Assembly: GCA_947058885.1 (NCBI GenBank)
Contig: CAMSIF010000001.1
Span: 19,997 to 83,996 of the forward strand
Length of the DNA stretch: 64,000 bases
Reading direction: 5' to 3'
Source: an uncultured Clostridia bacterium
GTDB taxonomy: Bacteria > Bacillota > Clostridia > Oscillospirales > Oscillospiraceae
The translations under genes and the position numbers were made by a program. The stretch's first letter is position 1. The number at the start of each line of letters is the position of its first letter. The notes below the pieces were generated by a model. The model did not search any database. It was given only the letters and a program-made list of their open reading frames with translations, and had not been told where the DNA came from. Shown one piece after another: positions 7,840 through 17,726 of the stretch.

Positions 7840-7868
7840 ATCATAGCAGAGCGCACCGCAATTGTAAA
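7840..7868 (-). promoter_or_regulatory. Sigma-A-type promoter of the Na/Pi symporter gene
   Basis: Minus strand: TTTACA (7868-7863), 17 nt, TGC-TATGAT extended -10 (7845-7840). Confidence 0.5.
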
Positions 7869-7902
7869 GCATAAATTCCAGATTCCCCTGTTATTTCTAT
7901 CA

Positions 7903-7931
7903 TTGACGGGGACTGCCGCCTGTGGTACTCT
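7903..7931 (+). promoter_or_regulatory. Putative promoter of the J-like-domain gene
   Basis: TTGACG (7903-7908), 17 nt, TGG-TACTCT (7926-7931). Confidence 0.4.
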
Positions 7932-8013
7932 GATAGCACTACAACCGGAGGAGTTCCCCAGCCGGGCCAGCGGCCCGGACGGACGATGAGAGCTATCATG
8001 AGGGAGGATATCC

Positions 8014-11000
8014 ATGGATACGATTTGGATGATATTGGAGCTGGAACCTATCCGCGACGAGGCCGCCATCCAGCGGGCCTACGCCCGGCTGTCCCAAACC
8101 TGCCGCCCCGAGGAGGACCCCGCTGGATTTTTACGCCTGCGGGCGGCGTACCAAAAGGCCCTGGCCTACGCCCAGGAGGCGGCGGAGAGCGGCCCTTCCG
8201 GCGCCCCCCGCGGCGCGGCCAGCCCCTACCAGAAGCACGAGGCGTTCCTGAAATTCCGGGAGCACTATACCGGCCCCCAGCGGAAAAGCGCAAAGACCTG
8301 GATGGACTATTTTACGTCCGCGCCCTTTCTGGAGGCGGCCCGAAATCCGGACTTTACCTCCCTTCTCCTGGAGGAGGTGGAGGCCCATGAGAAGGACTGC
8401 CCGCCCAGCCGGGAGTTTTTCACCTGGCTCAGGATTGCCTACCAGTTTGCCATTGAGGAGGACCAGGAGGGCCGCCGCTACCGGCTGATGCGGGGCGCGG
8501 AGTTTGACGGCATCAGGACCGTTCTCCGCATAGCGGAAAAGGGTCCCGGCCCCCGCCTTCTCCCGCCCAACGAGTTGGCGGTGTTCATCAGCTTTTTTGA
8601 ATACAACCGCCTGCAATTCCTGGCGGAGAACAGCGGCTGGGAGGAACAGGCCCTGGACGAGGCCGCCCATATCATAAGCCGCTATACCACCTGCTACCTC
8701 CACGATAAATGCGCCAAGCAGGAGTGGAACGACGTGGAACGCCATCCGGCGGGCCTGCGGCTTCTGGAGCAGTTTTTCCGGCGCAGAGACCTGCCGGAGG
8801 AGCTTTACCGCGCCCTCTGGACCAGGCTGGACCTGAAAAGCGCGGTTTTCGGACGGTCCAAGGTGCTCTACAGCGGCCTGCGCGAGCTGGTTATGGAGCG
8901 CGTGCCGGGCGTTGAAAACGAGGAGGCGGAAAACTTCCTTCTGCTCAACAAGGCCCACGACGACTACCTGCTCCGCGTCCGGCAGCACCCGGAACAGGAG
9001 GAGCAGGAATCAGAGGCCTTTTTCGCCCGGGAGGATTTTCAAAAGGCCCTGCGCAGCCGCCGCTTCGCCGAGGAGCAGCTGCTTCGCTACGGCTTCTGGC
9101 TGTCCTCCACCCGGGGAGAGGGCTTTCTCCGGCGGCTTCTGGCGTTCTACCGGGAAAACCCCCAGCTCTCCTGCGCGGAACGGGTGGAAAAACGGGTGGA
9201 ACAGATTTTCCGCGAGCTGGAGGTCCAGCGCTGGAACGACGAGGACCGGAACGCCCCCGTTCTCGCCGGAAGACCGGACGTGTCCTACCGGCCCTTTTTC
9301 CGCCACTGGCTGAATACCGGCTTTTATGCCTCCCAAGGACCTCTGCCGGGCTACCTGGAGCAAAACCTGCCGTACCTGCCGGAGTGGAGCGGACGCTTCC
9401 TGGCGGGGCCGGACGGCTCCCCCGTTCCCCAGACCTTCTCCACGGCCATTGACGGCAAAACCGTAGAAATCACCTTCCACCTGCGGCATATCGCGTACCG
9501 CATCGGCGGCGAACCAGTTTACATGCCCTGTCTTCCCTGGGAGCTGCTGGTGGAGGAGGGCGGCGCGTTTTTCTTCCACCTCCTGCCCATTGCCGCAGCT
9601 TTCTGCGACCAGAAAGAGGCGGTGGAAGCGGAACTCCTGCGCCGCCTGAACGCCTCCGCGCCGCCGGAGACGGACCTCCCCCTTCTGGCGGGGTGTCTGG
9701 CGGAGCGGGTCTGCCGCCTGCCGGTGCCGGAGAATCCGGAGGACGACCCCCTGGCCATTTTTCCCCTGGAGATTTTCGCGGAGGACGGCGGCCGGCTCTA
9801 CGGCGCGTCCTGGTCGGAACAGGAGGGCGTACTGCTCCTCTTTGAGCAGACCCTGTCCGAACGGCGGGTCCTGCCCAGAGGCGAGTACGAACAGATTTTT
9901 GACGAGGGTACGGCCCTCTCCCTGGCCCGCCGCCTGCTGGCGGAGGCCGTCTCCCCCTCCCGCTTTGACCTGACCCTCCTGGCGGAACTGCCCTGGGCGG
10001 TCTACGTCCAGCCCCATAGGGACTCGGAACGGACCTACAGCCGGAAGCTGGACGGGCCGAAAGAGGGCGAGGAGCTCACCCAGGAGGTCCTGGCGGAACT
10101 GATTGGCCAGTTCGCGGAGAAAAAGCTCCAGCATCTGGAACTCCACTGGTCCCAGGGAGACCTGGTATTCCGGAGCGACCGGGCGGGATACGCCTGTTTT
10201 TACTTTGAAAACGGACCGGATAACTGCGGCTGGTACTCCATGCTGGCTCTGCCGGAGGTCTACCGCACCGTAGAGCACGACCAGGTGGAGTACGTGCGGT
10301 TTGGTCTGGGAAAGCTGCCCAGCTACAGCGTCCACCACGATCCCGCCTCTATTCTGCGGAATCTGGATTTGGTGTTTGCCCAGATGGGCAGGGGCCGTCC
10401 GGAGACCCGGGTGGGAGACCGCTGGCTCTGGGCCTCCCATGTGGAGCTTCATGACGCCAAGCACAAGCTGTTGATGGCAAGGCAGAAATTAGGGGGAATT
10501 CCTCCCTGCCGGGGCCGTAACTATATCCTGGCCAAGTTCCTTCTCAGCCAGTACCCCGTCCGGCTGGAGAGCCTGACCACGGACGGCCAGCAGACCCTGA
10601 CGGACATCAAAAGCGGCAGTTACGGTCTGGCTTCGTCCGCTCTGGTGCAGTTCGTGCAGAAGAAGCTGACGCGGCTGCGGCTGACCTGGGCGTTCCAGAC
10701 CCCCAACGGCGGGACGGACCTGCGGCATATCGTGCTCCTGATGGACGGCGGGCGGTTTATGATGGCCTGGCTGCGGGACGGCAAACGCCGGGCGGAATTT
10801 TACGTGGCAGACCCCGCCGTCTATATGGGGGTAGAAGGGCGGAAATATCCCAAGGACACCTTCCTGGACCGGACCGTTCCGGCTTACCTGGTTCATCAGG
10901 ACTTGGACCGTATCCGCAACTGCCTGGACCTGATGCTGGACGATATCGCGGACTGCGCCCCGGTGGTGAACCAATTTGCGGAATTTGCCGCCGAATCCCC

Positions 11001-11061
11001 CGCCAACCCCCGTCCCTACGAGGAAATCCGCCGGGAGCTGGTGCGGGAGGACGGGGACTGA
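8014..11061 (+). CDS. Large (1015 aa) cytoplasmic protein with a degenerate N-terminal J-domain-like segment; remainder uncharacterised
   Basis: Residues 7-52, ILELEPIRDEAAIQRAYARLSQTCRPEEDPAGFLRLRAAYQKAL, follow the helix I-III pattern of DnaJ J-domains, but HPD is replaced by RPE. There is no TM segment and no Walker A. RBS GAGGGAGG. Coding-like composition throughout. Confidence 0.7.
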   Translation: MDTIWMILELEPIRDEAAIQRAYARLSQTCRPEEDPAGFLRLRAAYQKALAYAQEAAESGPSGAPRGAASPYQKHEAFLKFREHYTGPQRKSAKTWMDYFTSAPFLEAARNPDFTSLLLEEVEAHEKDCPPSREFFTWLRIAYQFAIEEDQEGRRYRLMRGAEFDGIRTVLRIAEKGPGPRLLPPNELAVFISFFEYNRLQFLAENSGWEEQALDEAAHIISRYTTCYLHDKCAKQEWNDVERHPAGLRLLEQFFRRRDLPEELYRALWTRLDLKSAVFGRSKVLYSGLRELVMERVPGVENEEAENFLLLNKAHDDYLLRVRQHPEQEEQESEAFFAREDFQKALRSRRFAEEQLLRYGFWLSSTRGEGFLRRLLAFYRENPQLSCAERVEKRVEQIFRELEVQRWNDEDRNAPVLAGRPDVSYRPFFRHWLNTGFYASQGPLPGYLEQNLPYLPEWSGRFLAGPDGSPVPQTFSTAIDGKTVEITFHLRHIAYRIGGEPVYMPCLPWELLVEEGGAFFFHLLPIAAAFCDQKEAVEAELLRRLNASAPPETDLPLLAGCLAERVCRLPVPENPEDDPLAIFPLEIFAEDGGRLYGASWSEQEGVLLLFEQTLSERRVLPRGEYEQIFDEGTALSLARRLLAEAVSPSRFDLTLLAELPWAVYVQPHRDSERTYSRKLDGPKEGEELTQEVLAELIGQFAEKKLQHLELHWSQGDLVFRSDRAGYACFYFENGPDNCGWYSMLALPEVYRTVEHDQVEYVRFGLGKLPSYSVHHDPASILRNLDLVFAQMGRGRPETRVGDRWLWASHVELHDAKHKLLMARQKLGGIPPCRGRNYILAKFLLSQYPVRLESLTTDGQQTLTDIKSGSYGLASSALVQFVQKKLTRLRLTWAFQTPNGGTDLRHIVLLMDGGRFMMAWLRDGKRRAEFYVADPAVYMGVEGRKYPKDTFLDRTVPAYLVHQDLDRIRNCLDLMLDDIADCAPVVNQFAEFAAESPANPRPYEEIRRELVREDGD

Positions 11062-11082
11062 GGCGCGGAACCCCAAAGGCCC

Positions 11083-11111
11083 TTGTAAGCTGTCCCCATT
11101 CATGTTATAAT
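11083..11111 (+). promoter_or_regulatory. Sigma-A-type promoter of adenine deaminase gene
   Basis: TTGTAA (11083-11088), 17 nt, TGT-TATAAT (11106-11111). Confidence 0.5.
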
Positions 11112-11176
11112 AACAAATTATACCTACACATCTGCCGCCCTTACGGACGGGACTGGTTCAGAAAAGGAGGGTCTTT

Positions 11177-12904
11177 ATGGGAACGGAAAGCTATACCGGC
11201 AGAATTAACCGTAAGCTGAGCAAAAAACTGCGCATTGTGGAGGTTGCCGCCGGGCGGGAAAAGGCGGACCTGGTACTGAAAAACGCGTCCTATGTCAACG
11301 TCTTCTCCAACGAAATCTGTCACGGCGATATCGCTGTGGCGGAGGGTCTAATCGTGGGCATGGGCTCCTACAGCGGCGAGACCGAAGCGGACATGTCCGG
11401 CAAAATCGTACTCCCTGGGTTCATTGACGCCCACATCCATCTGGAGAGCGCCATGGTGTCTCCCAGCCAGTTCGTCAAGGCGGTGCTTCCCCACGGCACC
11501 ACAACCGTAATCGTAGACCCCCACGAGATTGCCAACGTCATGGGCGCGGACGGCATCGAGTACATGCTGCAAGCCACCGAGGGACTGCCGGTAGACGTGC
11601 GGTTTATGCTTCCCAGCTGCGTGCCCGCCACCCCCATGGACGAGAGCGGCGCGTCCCTGGACTACCGGACCATCGACTCCTTCTACGACCACCCCCGGGT
11701 GCAGGGATTGGCGGAGATGATGAACTACCCCGGCGTCATCGGGGCGGACAGCCAGGTAATTGAGAAAATCGTCGCGGCGCAGGCCCACCACAAGAAGATT
11801 GACGGCCACGCGCCGGGCCTTGAGGGCAACGACCTCAACGCCTACATAGCCGCTGGGGTGTACTCGGACCACGAGTGCTCTGACCCCGCCGACGCCATCG
11901 CTAAATTGGAGCGGGGCCAGTTCATCATGATTCGCGAGGGCACCGCCGCCCGAAACCTCCAGGCCCTGCTGCCGCTGCTGACGGAAAAATACGCGGACCG
12001 CTGCATGTTCTGCTGCGACGACAAGCACCCCAGCGACCTGCTGGAGAAGGGCCACATTGATTACATCGTCCGGGAGGCCATCCGGCAGGGCGTGGACCCC
12101 ATTGTGGCGGTGAAAGTCGCCTGCCACCACGCGGCCCGGTATTTTCTGCTGAACAACCGGGGCGCTGTCGCCCCAGGCTATCTGGCGGACTTTGTGGTTA
12201 TCGACAACTTCCAGGATTTTACGATCCTTCAAGTGTACAAGAAGGGCGTGGAGATGTACAACGGCGGCGCCGTCCGGGACTTCCCCGCCCCGGAAATCGA
12301 CCCCTACCTCACCCGGAAGGCCCACGATACGTTCCACCTGGCCCACCTGCGGGGGGAGGACTTCGCGGAACGCCGTCCCCGGGGCATTATCGGCATGGTG
12401 CCCGGCGAGATTGTCACCCGGGACTGCGGCTACTCCGACCATATTGACGTGGAGTGGGATATCCTGAAAATCGCCGTGGTGGAGCGGCACAAAAATACCC
12501 ATCATACCGGCATAGGCTACCTGCAAGGCTACGGCCTCAAGCGGGGCGCGGTAGCCACCAGCGTCTCCCACGATTCCCACAATATCATTGTGGTAGGAAC
12601 CAACGAGGAGGATATGGCCGCCGCCGCCAACCGGGTGGCGGAGAACAAGGGCGGCATCGTGGTGCTGGAGGACGGCCAGGTTCTCGGGGAGGTGGCCCTG
12701 CCCATTGCGGGACTGATGAGCGACGGCCCTCTGGAGGACGTCAACGAGGCCCTGGAGAACGCCAAGGCGGCCGCCTTCGCGCTGGGCGTCAGCCGGGAGG
12801 TGGACCCCTTTATGACCCTCAGCTTCATGTCCCTGCCAGTTATCCCCACCCTGCGCCTGACCACCCGGGGCGTTATCGACGTTCTCACACAGCAATATGT
12901 TTAA
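11177..12904 (+). CDS. ade: Adenine deaminase
   Basis: 575 aa. ADLVLKNASYVNVFS...VLPGFIDAHIHLES (HxH metal site), TTVIVDPHEIANV and the SHDSHNIIVVG motif are characteristic of Ade/AdeC. RBS AAGGAGGG. Confidence 0.92.
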   Translation: MGTESYTGRINRKLSKKLRIVEVAAGREKADLVLKNASYVNVFSNEICHGDIAVAEGLIVGMGSYSGETEADMSGKIVLPGFIDAHIHLESAMVSPSQFVKAVLPHGTTTVIVDPHEIANVMGADGIEYMLQATEGLPVDVRFMLPSCVPATPMDESGASLDYRTIDSFYDHPRVQGLAEMMNYPGVIGADSQVIEKIVAAQAHHKKIDGHAPGLEGNDLNAYIAAGVYSDHECSDPADAIAKLERGQFIMIREGTAARNLQALLPLLTEKYADRCMFCCDDKHPSDLLEKGHIDYIVREAIRQGVDPIVAVKVACHHAARYFLLNNRGAVAPGYLADFVVIDNFQDFTILQVYKKGVEMYNGGAVRDFPAPEIDPYLTRKAHDTFHLAHLRGEDFAERRPRGIIGMVPGEIVTRDCGYSDHIDVEWDILKIAVVERHKNTHHTGIGYLQGYGLKRGAVATSVSHDSHNIIVVGTNEEDMAAAANRVAENKGGIVVLEDGQVLGEVALPIAGLMSDGPLEDVNEALENAKAAAFALGVSREVDPFMTLSFMSLPVIPTLRLTTRGVIDVLTQQYV

Positions 12905-12910
12905 CAAGCA

Positions 12911-12951
12911 AGAGCCTCTGTCCCGCGGGACAGAGGCTCTCTCCTTTTTTT
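12911..12951 (+). terminator. Intrinsic terminator of ade
   Basis: AGAGCCTCTGTCCCGCGGGACAGAGGCTCT (perfect 13-bp stem) followed by CTCCTTTTTTT. Confidence 0.8.
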
Positions 12952-13091
12952 ACAATAGCTCCCCCTTTGTTTGGAAGTCTTTTGTTAATCTTGACAGGCT
13001 GCAATCAGAATGTTATCATATATCTAGGTATCTCTCATGTATTTCCTTGTAGAAATTTGACAAATAACTTAAATTTTTGGAGGTGTTTCCT

Positions 13092-13997
13092 ATGCGTCTG
13101 AACAAACTGCTGGCAGCGCTGTCCGCCGCCGTGCTGCTTCTGACCGCGTGCGCCGCCCCCTCCCCCGCAAACAACGCGGAAGGTTCCCCGGCAGAAAAAC
13201 TCACCATAACCGCAATAGAAGACGTGCCCCCATTTGAGGAATTCTCAACCCTGCCCATCAGCGAGGTTAACCGGATTAAGATGGAGCTGGAGAACATTCC
13301 CATAGACTCCTGTGCCAGCCACTATACCGAATTGATTGAAACATTTCTACAGGACGAGGAATTGTTCGATTTTCTCCATATCACCATTGAGCGGGACGAT
13401 TTATCCCTTGTCCAGGGAAAGAATCATAAATCCCTGTTTAATCTTGTCTTTCACATTGACCTGGAGATGGATACAACAAAGGAAATCGATAACTCCACTA
13501 TCGCCAGGGATACGGCCTACCAGCTGATGGAGCATCTGCTAAGCGACACATTTTACGCCTTAAAAGTAAAACGCTGCGTGGTTTCAACCTACGATTTAAA
13601 CGGCTATCGGATTAGAACCTCCGAAAGAAGAGGGACCATATCCAATGAAGAGATTTTCCGGGAGCAGCCGGAAACAGAGTACGCCGCGCAGAGTGTGGCA
13701 TATCGTTTTTCCGAGGAGAATCCCGCCTTTGAGCTGGATAAATTCGGCGCGCTGCCGGACACCAAAGAATTATATGTAGAATACTACGTGGAGGACAGCT
13801 ACTTCGGGCTCGGCGAGGAAGAAAACCAGCAAAATACAGAGCGCCTGGAAACAATATCTGAAACCATCCAGGAGTATCTGCTGCGGGAGGCCCCCACTGG
13901 CCGCTATATAGAAGAAAACGGCCTGAAAATCCTTACCATTTCCTTTAGAAACGGGATTTTCGACAATGATTATCTGACATTCAACATCGAGCTGTAG
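13092..13997 (+). CDS. Lipoprotein of unknown function (visibly lower G+C than neighbours)
   Basis: MRLNKLLAALSAAVLLLTAC signal peptide plus lipobox. RBS GGAGGTG. Acidic mature protein of about 280 aa with no motif I recognise. Confidence 0.7.
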   Translation: MRLNKLLAALSAAVLLLTACAAPSPANNAEGSPAEKLTITAIEDVPPFEEFSTLPISEVNRIKMELENIPIDSCASHYTELIETFLQDEELFDFLHITIERDDLSLVQGKNHKSLFNLVFHIDLEMDTTKEIDNSTIARDTAYQLMEHLLSDTFYALKVKRCVVSTYDLNGYRIRTSERRGTISNEEIFREQPETEYAAQSVAYRFSEENPAFELDKFGALPDTKELYVEYYVEDSYFGLGEEENQQNTERLETISETIQEYLLREAPTGRYIEENGLKILTISFRNGIFDNDYLTFNIEL

Positions 13998-14012
13998 CCG
14001 CCCCGTGCGGCA

Positions 14013-15869
14013 TCAGGATGCCCCTCCGTAGTGCTGGGCCTGGGCGTGCCAGAGCTTAGCGTAAAGCCCCTCCTCCGCCAGCAGCGTTTCATGGGACCCG
14101 CGCTGGACGATAGTCCCGCCGTCAAAGACCAGAATTTCATCGCAGAACCGGCAGGAGGACATGCGGTGGGAAATGTAGACGCTGGTTTTCCCACCGGTGA
14201 GCTGTCCAAAGCGGCTGTAGATTTCGTATTCGCTCATAGGGTCCAGCGCGGAGGTGGGTTCGTCCAGGATGACCACGGGCGCGTTCTTGTAGAGGGCCCG
14301 CGCCAGGGCAAGCTTCTGGGCCTCGCCGCCGGAAATCTCCACGCCCCCATGCTTTTCCCGGTACAGGCAAGTTTCCAGGCCCTGTTCCATCTCCTCCACC
14401 CGCTCCCGAATCCCCGCCTTCTCCAGGCAGGCCCAGACACGGTCCGGGTCATAGTCCTTGCTGGCGGCCACGTTCTCCCCCAGCCCCATTGAGAAAAACC
14501 GGAAATCCTGGAACACTACCGACAACAGGGACAGATATTCTTCATAGCTGTACTTGCGGATATCAATGCCGTTGAGCAGGAGTTCCCCCTCCTGGGGGTC
14601 GTAGAGGCGGCAGATGAGCTTGATAAACGTGGTCTTGCCCGCGCCGTTGGGTCCCACCACCGCCAGCTTCCCCCGCAGAGGCAGCTTGCAGCTGACGTGC
14701 CGCAGGCTCCATTGATTCTGGTTGGGATAGCGGAAGCTGACGTCCCGCAGCTCCAGGACAAAATCCCCGTCGTCCCGTTTCTCCACAGGGAGGGTGCCGT
14801 TGTACTTCTCCGAAGGAACGGCCAGAAACGCCGCGTACTCCCGCATGTACTTCCGGTGGAGGTCCAGGTGCCCCACCATCTCCACGCCCTGGCTCACCGC
14901 CCCGGCAAAGGCAGTGATAGCCCCCACCTGCATGGACACCATGCCCACGGTGATAAGGCCCGCCATGGCCTTGAGACCCACAAAGGCGTAGGCGGCCAGA
15001 ACGGTAGCCAGGTTCAGCACTGACACCAGAGCCCGGATACGGGCGGAGCGCATATACATTCTCTCAAACTGGAGATTGTGCGCACTCATGGTGCGGTAAA
15101 ACTTATCTGTAACCATGCCGCTCATGTTATAGGTCCGCAAATCCTTCCCCAAGGGGTAGCGGGTCAACTGGAGAAGGGCCCCATACCGGCGGTTGCCATC
15201 CACGCTGTGGGAAAACATCTCCATGTCCGACCGGTTGGCCCACAGATTCAAGGGAATGGAGGCCAGGGGAATCCCCAGAGCCAGCACCAATACGGCGAGA
15301 GCTATCCAAGGGGAATTGAGGGTCCGGACCCAGCCGGGGGCGTCCGCCGCCACAGGACTGCGGACAAAGAGACGGCTAACGGTAATGAGGGCGTAGAGCA
15401 CGGTAAAGCCGTGGGCGATGGCGTCGCCCAGCTCGCTGAGGAAGCCCAGAAGGTCTCCGCCGCCGCAGCTCTGGCAGCCCTGCTCCGCCCGGACCTTTTT
15501 GTCCATGATTTCCTGGTCCTCCAGCTGCTGGTAGTCCATGGTCAGGCACTTTTTGACAATCGCCCTGTCCACCATAGCGTTGGCGGCCCACAGCTCCTCC
15601 TGGCAGTACCGCCGGAGCAGCTTGGAGCCCAGCCCTATCGCCAGGTTCAGTCCCACCATCCAGTATACCAGGTCCATAACGCCGGTCCCGCCCGCCTGGA
15701 GGCGGTCCAGAATCCAGGCGGAAAAGACGATATTCACAAAGGGAAACGCGGACTCCAGCAGCGCGGCCCCGGTAACGACGGGCAGCATGGTAGGCCGCTC
15801 CCGGGCCACCACGGAGACGGAAGCTCTCATGTCCCGGAAAAACTCCCTGATTTCAGATTTCTTCATCAT
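14013..15869 (-). CDS. ABC exporter half-transporter (TMD-NBD fusion), subunit 2 of a heterodimeric pair
   Basis: Six-TM N-terminal half. NBD with Walker A GPNGAGKTT, signature ISGGEAQKLALARAL and Walker B VILDEPTSALD. The start MMKKSEI (15869/15866) follows AAGGAGG and overlaps the upstream gene by 17 nt. Confidence 0.85.
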   Translation of the reverse strand: MMKKSEIREFFRDMRASVSVVARERPTMLPVVTGAALLESAFPFVNIVFSAWILDRLQAGGTGVMDLVYWMVGLNLAIGLGSKLLRRYCQEELWAANAMVDRAIVKKCLTMDYQQLEDQEIMDKKVRAEQGCQSCGGGDLLGFLSELGDAIAHGFTVLYALITVSRLFVRSPVAADAPGWVRTLNSPWIALAVLVLALGIPLASIPLNLWANRSDMEMFSHSVDGNRRYGALLQLTRYPLGKDLRTYNMSGMVTDKFYRTMSAHNLQFERMYMRSARIRALVSVLNLATVLAAYAFVGLKAMAGLITVGMVSMQVGAITAFAGAVSQGVEMVGHLDLHRKYMREYAAFLAVPSEKYNGTLPVEKRDDGDFVLELRDVSFRYPNQNQWSLRHVSCKLPLRGKLAVVGPNGAGKTTFIKLICRLYDPQEGELLLNGIDIRKYSYEEYLSLLSVVFQDFRFFSMGLGENVAASKDYDPDRVWACLEKAGIRERVEEMEQGLETCLYREKHGGVEISGGEAQKLALARALYKNAPVVILDEPTSALDPMSEYEIYSRFGQLTGGKTSVYISHRMSSCRFCDEILVFDGGTIVQRGSHETLLAEEGLYAKLWHAQAQHYGGAS

Positions 15870-17667
15870 ATTCCTCCTTGTTCTCCCGGTAGTAGGAGCT
15901 CTGCACCTGGAAGAGGCGTGCGTAGGCCCCGCCCCGCTCCAGCAGCTCCTGATGAGAACCGGTTTCCGCGATACGCCCGTTTTCCATGTAAACCACCCGG
16001 TCGCAGAACTGAGTGGAGCTGAGGCGGTGGGAGATAAAGACGCTGGTTTTGTCCGCTGTCTCTCGGGCGTATTTCTGGTACAAATCCGCCTCTGCCAAGG
16101 GGTCCAGGGCGGAGGTGGGTTCATCCAGAATAAGCAGAGGAGCGTCCTTGTACAGGGCCCGGGCGAATACCAGCCGCTGCTTCTGCCCGCCGGAGAGGTC
16201 CACGCCCTCCCGCTCCATCTTCTGGGTCAGGTGGGTGTCCAGCCCTCTGGGCAGGGCCTCCACGACCTCCCGCAGTCCGGCCATTTCCAGGCATTTCCAC
16301 GCCCGGTCCCGGTCGTACGTCTCCCGCCCGGCTATATTCTCCCCCACGGTGAAGGGCAGGGGGGTTACATCTTGGAAAACAGTGCCCACCAGCTGGAAGT
16401 AAGCCCCCGCGTCAAACCTTTCCAGCGGCGCGCCGTCCACCAGAATTTCCCCGCTGTCCGGCAGGTAGAGTCCCGAGAGGAGCTTGACCAGGGTGGTTTT
16501 TCCCGCCCCGTTAAGCCCCACCAGAGCGATTTTTTCCCCAGGCTGGATAGTGAGACTGAACTGGTCGATGACAGGCGTTTCCTGGCCCGGATAGGAGAAG
16601 GTCACATTCCGCAGCTCCACCCGGGGCGGCCGCCGGACCTGAGAGACGTCCCGCTCTCCTCCCTGGCGGCGGGGGTCCTCCCACTCCAGGAAGTTCCGGA
16701 AATCGTTAAAGGCAATGTTGATAAAACGTAGGTAAGCGGTTGTGCTGAAGAAGGCGTTGAGGTGGGCGGAGAGGGTGGCGATGACGCTGACAGAGAAGGT
16801 AAAGCCCGCCGCGTCCATCTGGCCGGAGAGAACGGCGTTGGCCAGCACGGTATAGGCGATAAGGTCCCGGAGCACAAGAAAGACGCTGTCGCTGCAATCC
16901 CCCAGAATCTGCCGCCGGAACCGCCCCTTCTCCCGGTTCCACCGCCGCCGGAAGCAGGCCGTCATAACCCCCAGCACCCAATTTTCCATCCGGTAGAGGC
17001 GCACGTCCTTGCCGTTAGCGGGGTCGTAGGCGTGGTCCAAAAGGTAGTCATACTCCCGGCGGTCGAGGATTTCATCCACCCTTGTACGGCTTTCATACCG
17101 CCGGACCAGCCCGGCGGCCAGGGTGTTGGCCGCGCTCATAAGCGCCATCACCAGCAAAATGCGCCAATCCAAGGAAGCCGCCGCCGCGCCGTAGAGAGCC
17201 AGCACCAACAGACTGCGGGTCCAGACCACCGCCTGTTGGCGCATACCATGTATGCCGCCTGCCGCCGGATTTCCGGCCACGTTGATAGCCGCGCTCCGCA
17301 TCTGCTGTCCCTCCGGGGACTCCTGGATACGGTAATCCATGGTAATGCACTTCTCCAGTACCAGACCCATACAGCATTCGCTGTAGAACCGGCTCAGCCG
17401 GGCGTCGTCCCGGGCTTTCAGGGCCGCCTGGAGGTAGGCAGCGGCGGCGTAGAGGACCATCAGCCCCGCCACGACTGCCATATAGGTTCTGACCGAACCG
17501 CCCCTGGTGAGGGCCGCCACTGCCGCAGTGGGCAGCAGCGTAGCCAGCACCGGCAGCAGCAAATTGAGTCCCAGCAGCGCGAGAAAGCTCAGCGGATACC
17601 GCCGGTCAAACTGGGTCTGCAATTTTAGCGTATAGAACATATTGCTGGCGGTAGAATATTTTCGCAA
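15853..17667 (-). CDS. ABC exporter half-transporter (TMD-NBD fusion), subunit 1
   Basis: Walker A GLNGAGKTT, signature LSGGQKQRLVFARAL, Walker B LILDEPTSALD. TTG start at 17667, 6 nt after GGAGGG. ATG 17640 is an alternative. Confidence 0.85.
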   Translation of the reverse strand: MRKYSTASNMFYTLKLQTQFDRRYPLSFLALLGLNLLLPVLATLLPTAAVAALTRGGSVRTYMAVVAGLMVLYAAAAYLQAALKARDDARLSRFYSECCMGLVLEKCITMDYRIQESPEGQQMRSAAINVAGNPAAGGIHGMRQQAVVWTRSLLVLALYGAAAASLDWRILLVMALMSAANTLAAGLVRRYESRTRVDEILDRREYDYLLDHAYDPANGKDVRLYRMENWVLGVMTACFRRRWNREKGRFRRQILGDCSDSVFLVLRDLIAYTVLANAVLSGQMDAAGFTFSVSVIATLSAHLNAFFSTTAYLRFINIAFNDFRNFLEWEDPRRQGGERDVSQVRRPPRVELRNVTFSYPGQETPVIDQFSLTIQPGEKIALVGLNGAGKTTLVKLLSGLYLPDSGEILVDGAPLERFDAGAYFQLVGTVFQDVTPLPFTVGENIAGRETYDRDRAWKCLEMAGLREVVEALPRGLDTHLTQKMEREGVDLSGGQKQRLVFARALYKDAPLLILDEPTSALDPLAEADLYQKYARETADKTSVFISHRLSSTQFCDRVVYMENGRIAETGSHQELLERGGAYARLFQVQSSYYRENKEEYDEEI

Positions 17668-17726
17668 GGGAATCCCTCCATTTCATTTGGTGTGAGGCGA
17701 GTATATCACATTCCGGCGCGAAAAAG

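Noticed and set aside
9010-10464. 484-aa minus-strand ORF inside the J-like protein gene (and similar ones at 8131-8988 and 10489-11103)
   Set aside because: They are antisense frames with Gly/Arg/Pro/Gln-rich low-information sequence and no RBS. The plus-strand ORF is continuous for 3 kb and has an RBS and promoter.
11062-11176. Looked for a purine riboswitch upstream of adenine deaminase
   Set aside because: The leader after the predicted -10 is only about 60 nt. It lacks the conserved purine-aptamer junction/loop elements (for example UUUCUACC, CCGUAAAU-type loops) and has no terminator hairpin.
11348-12907. 519-aa minus-strand ORF covering the whole adenine deaminase gene
   Set aside because: It is antisense to a high-confidence gene. 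The sequence is Gly/Val/His/Ala-rich and there is no RBS.
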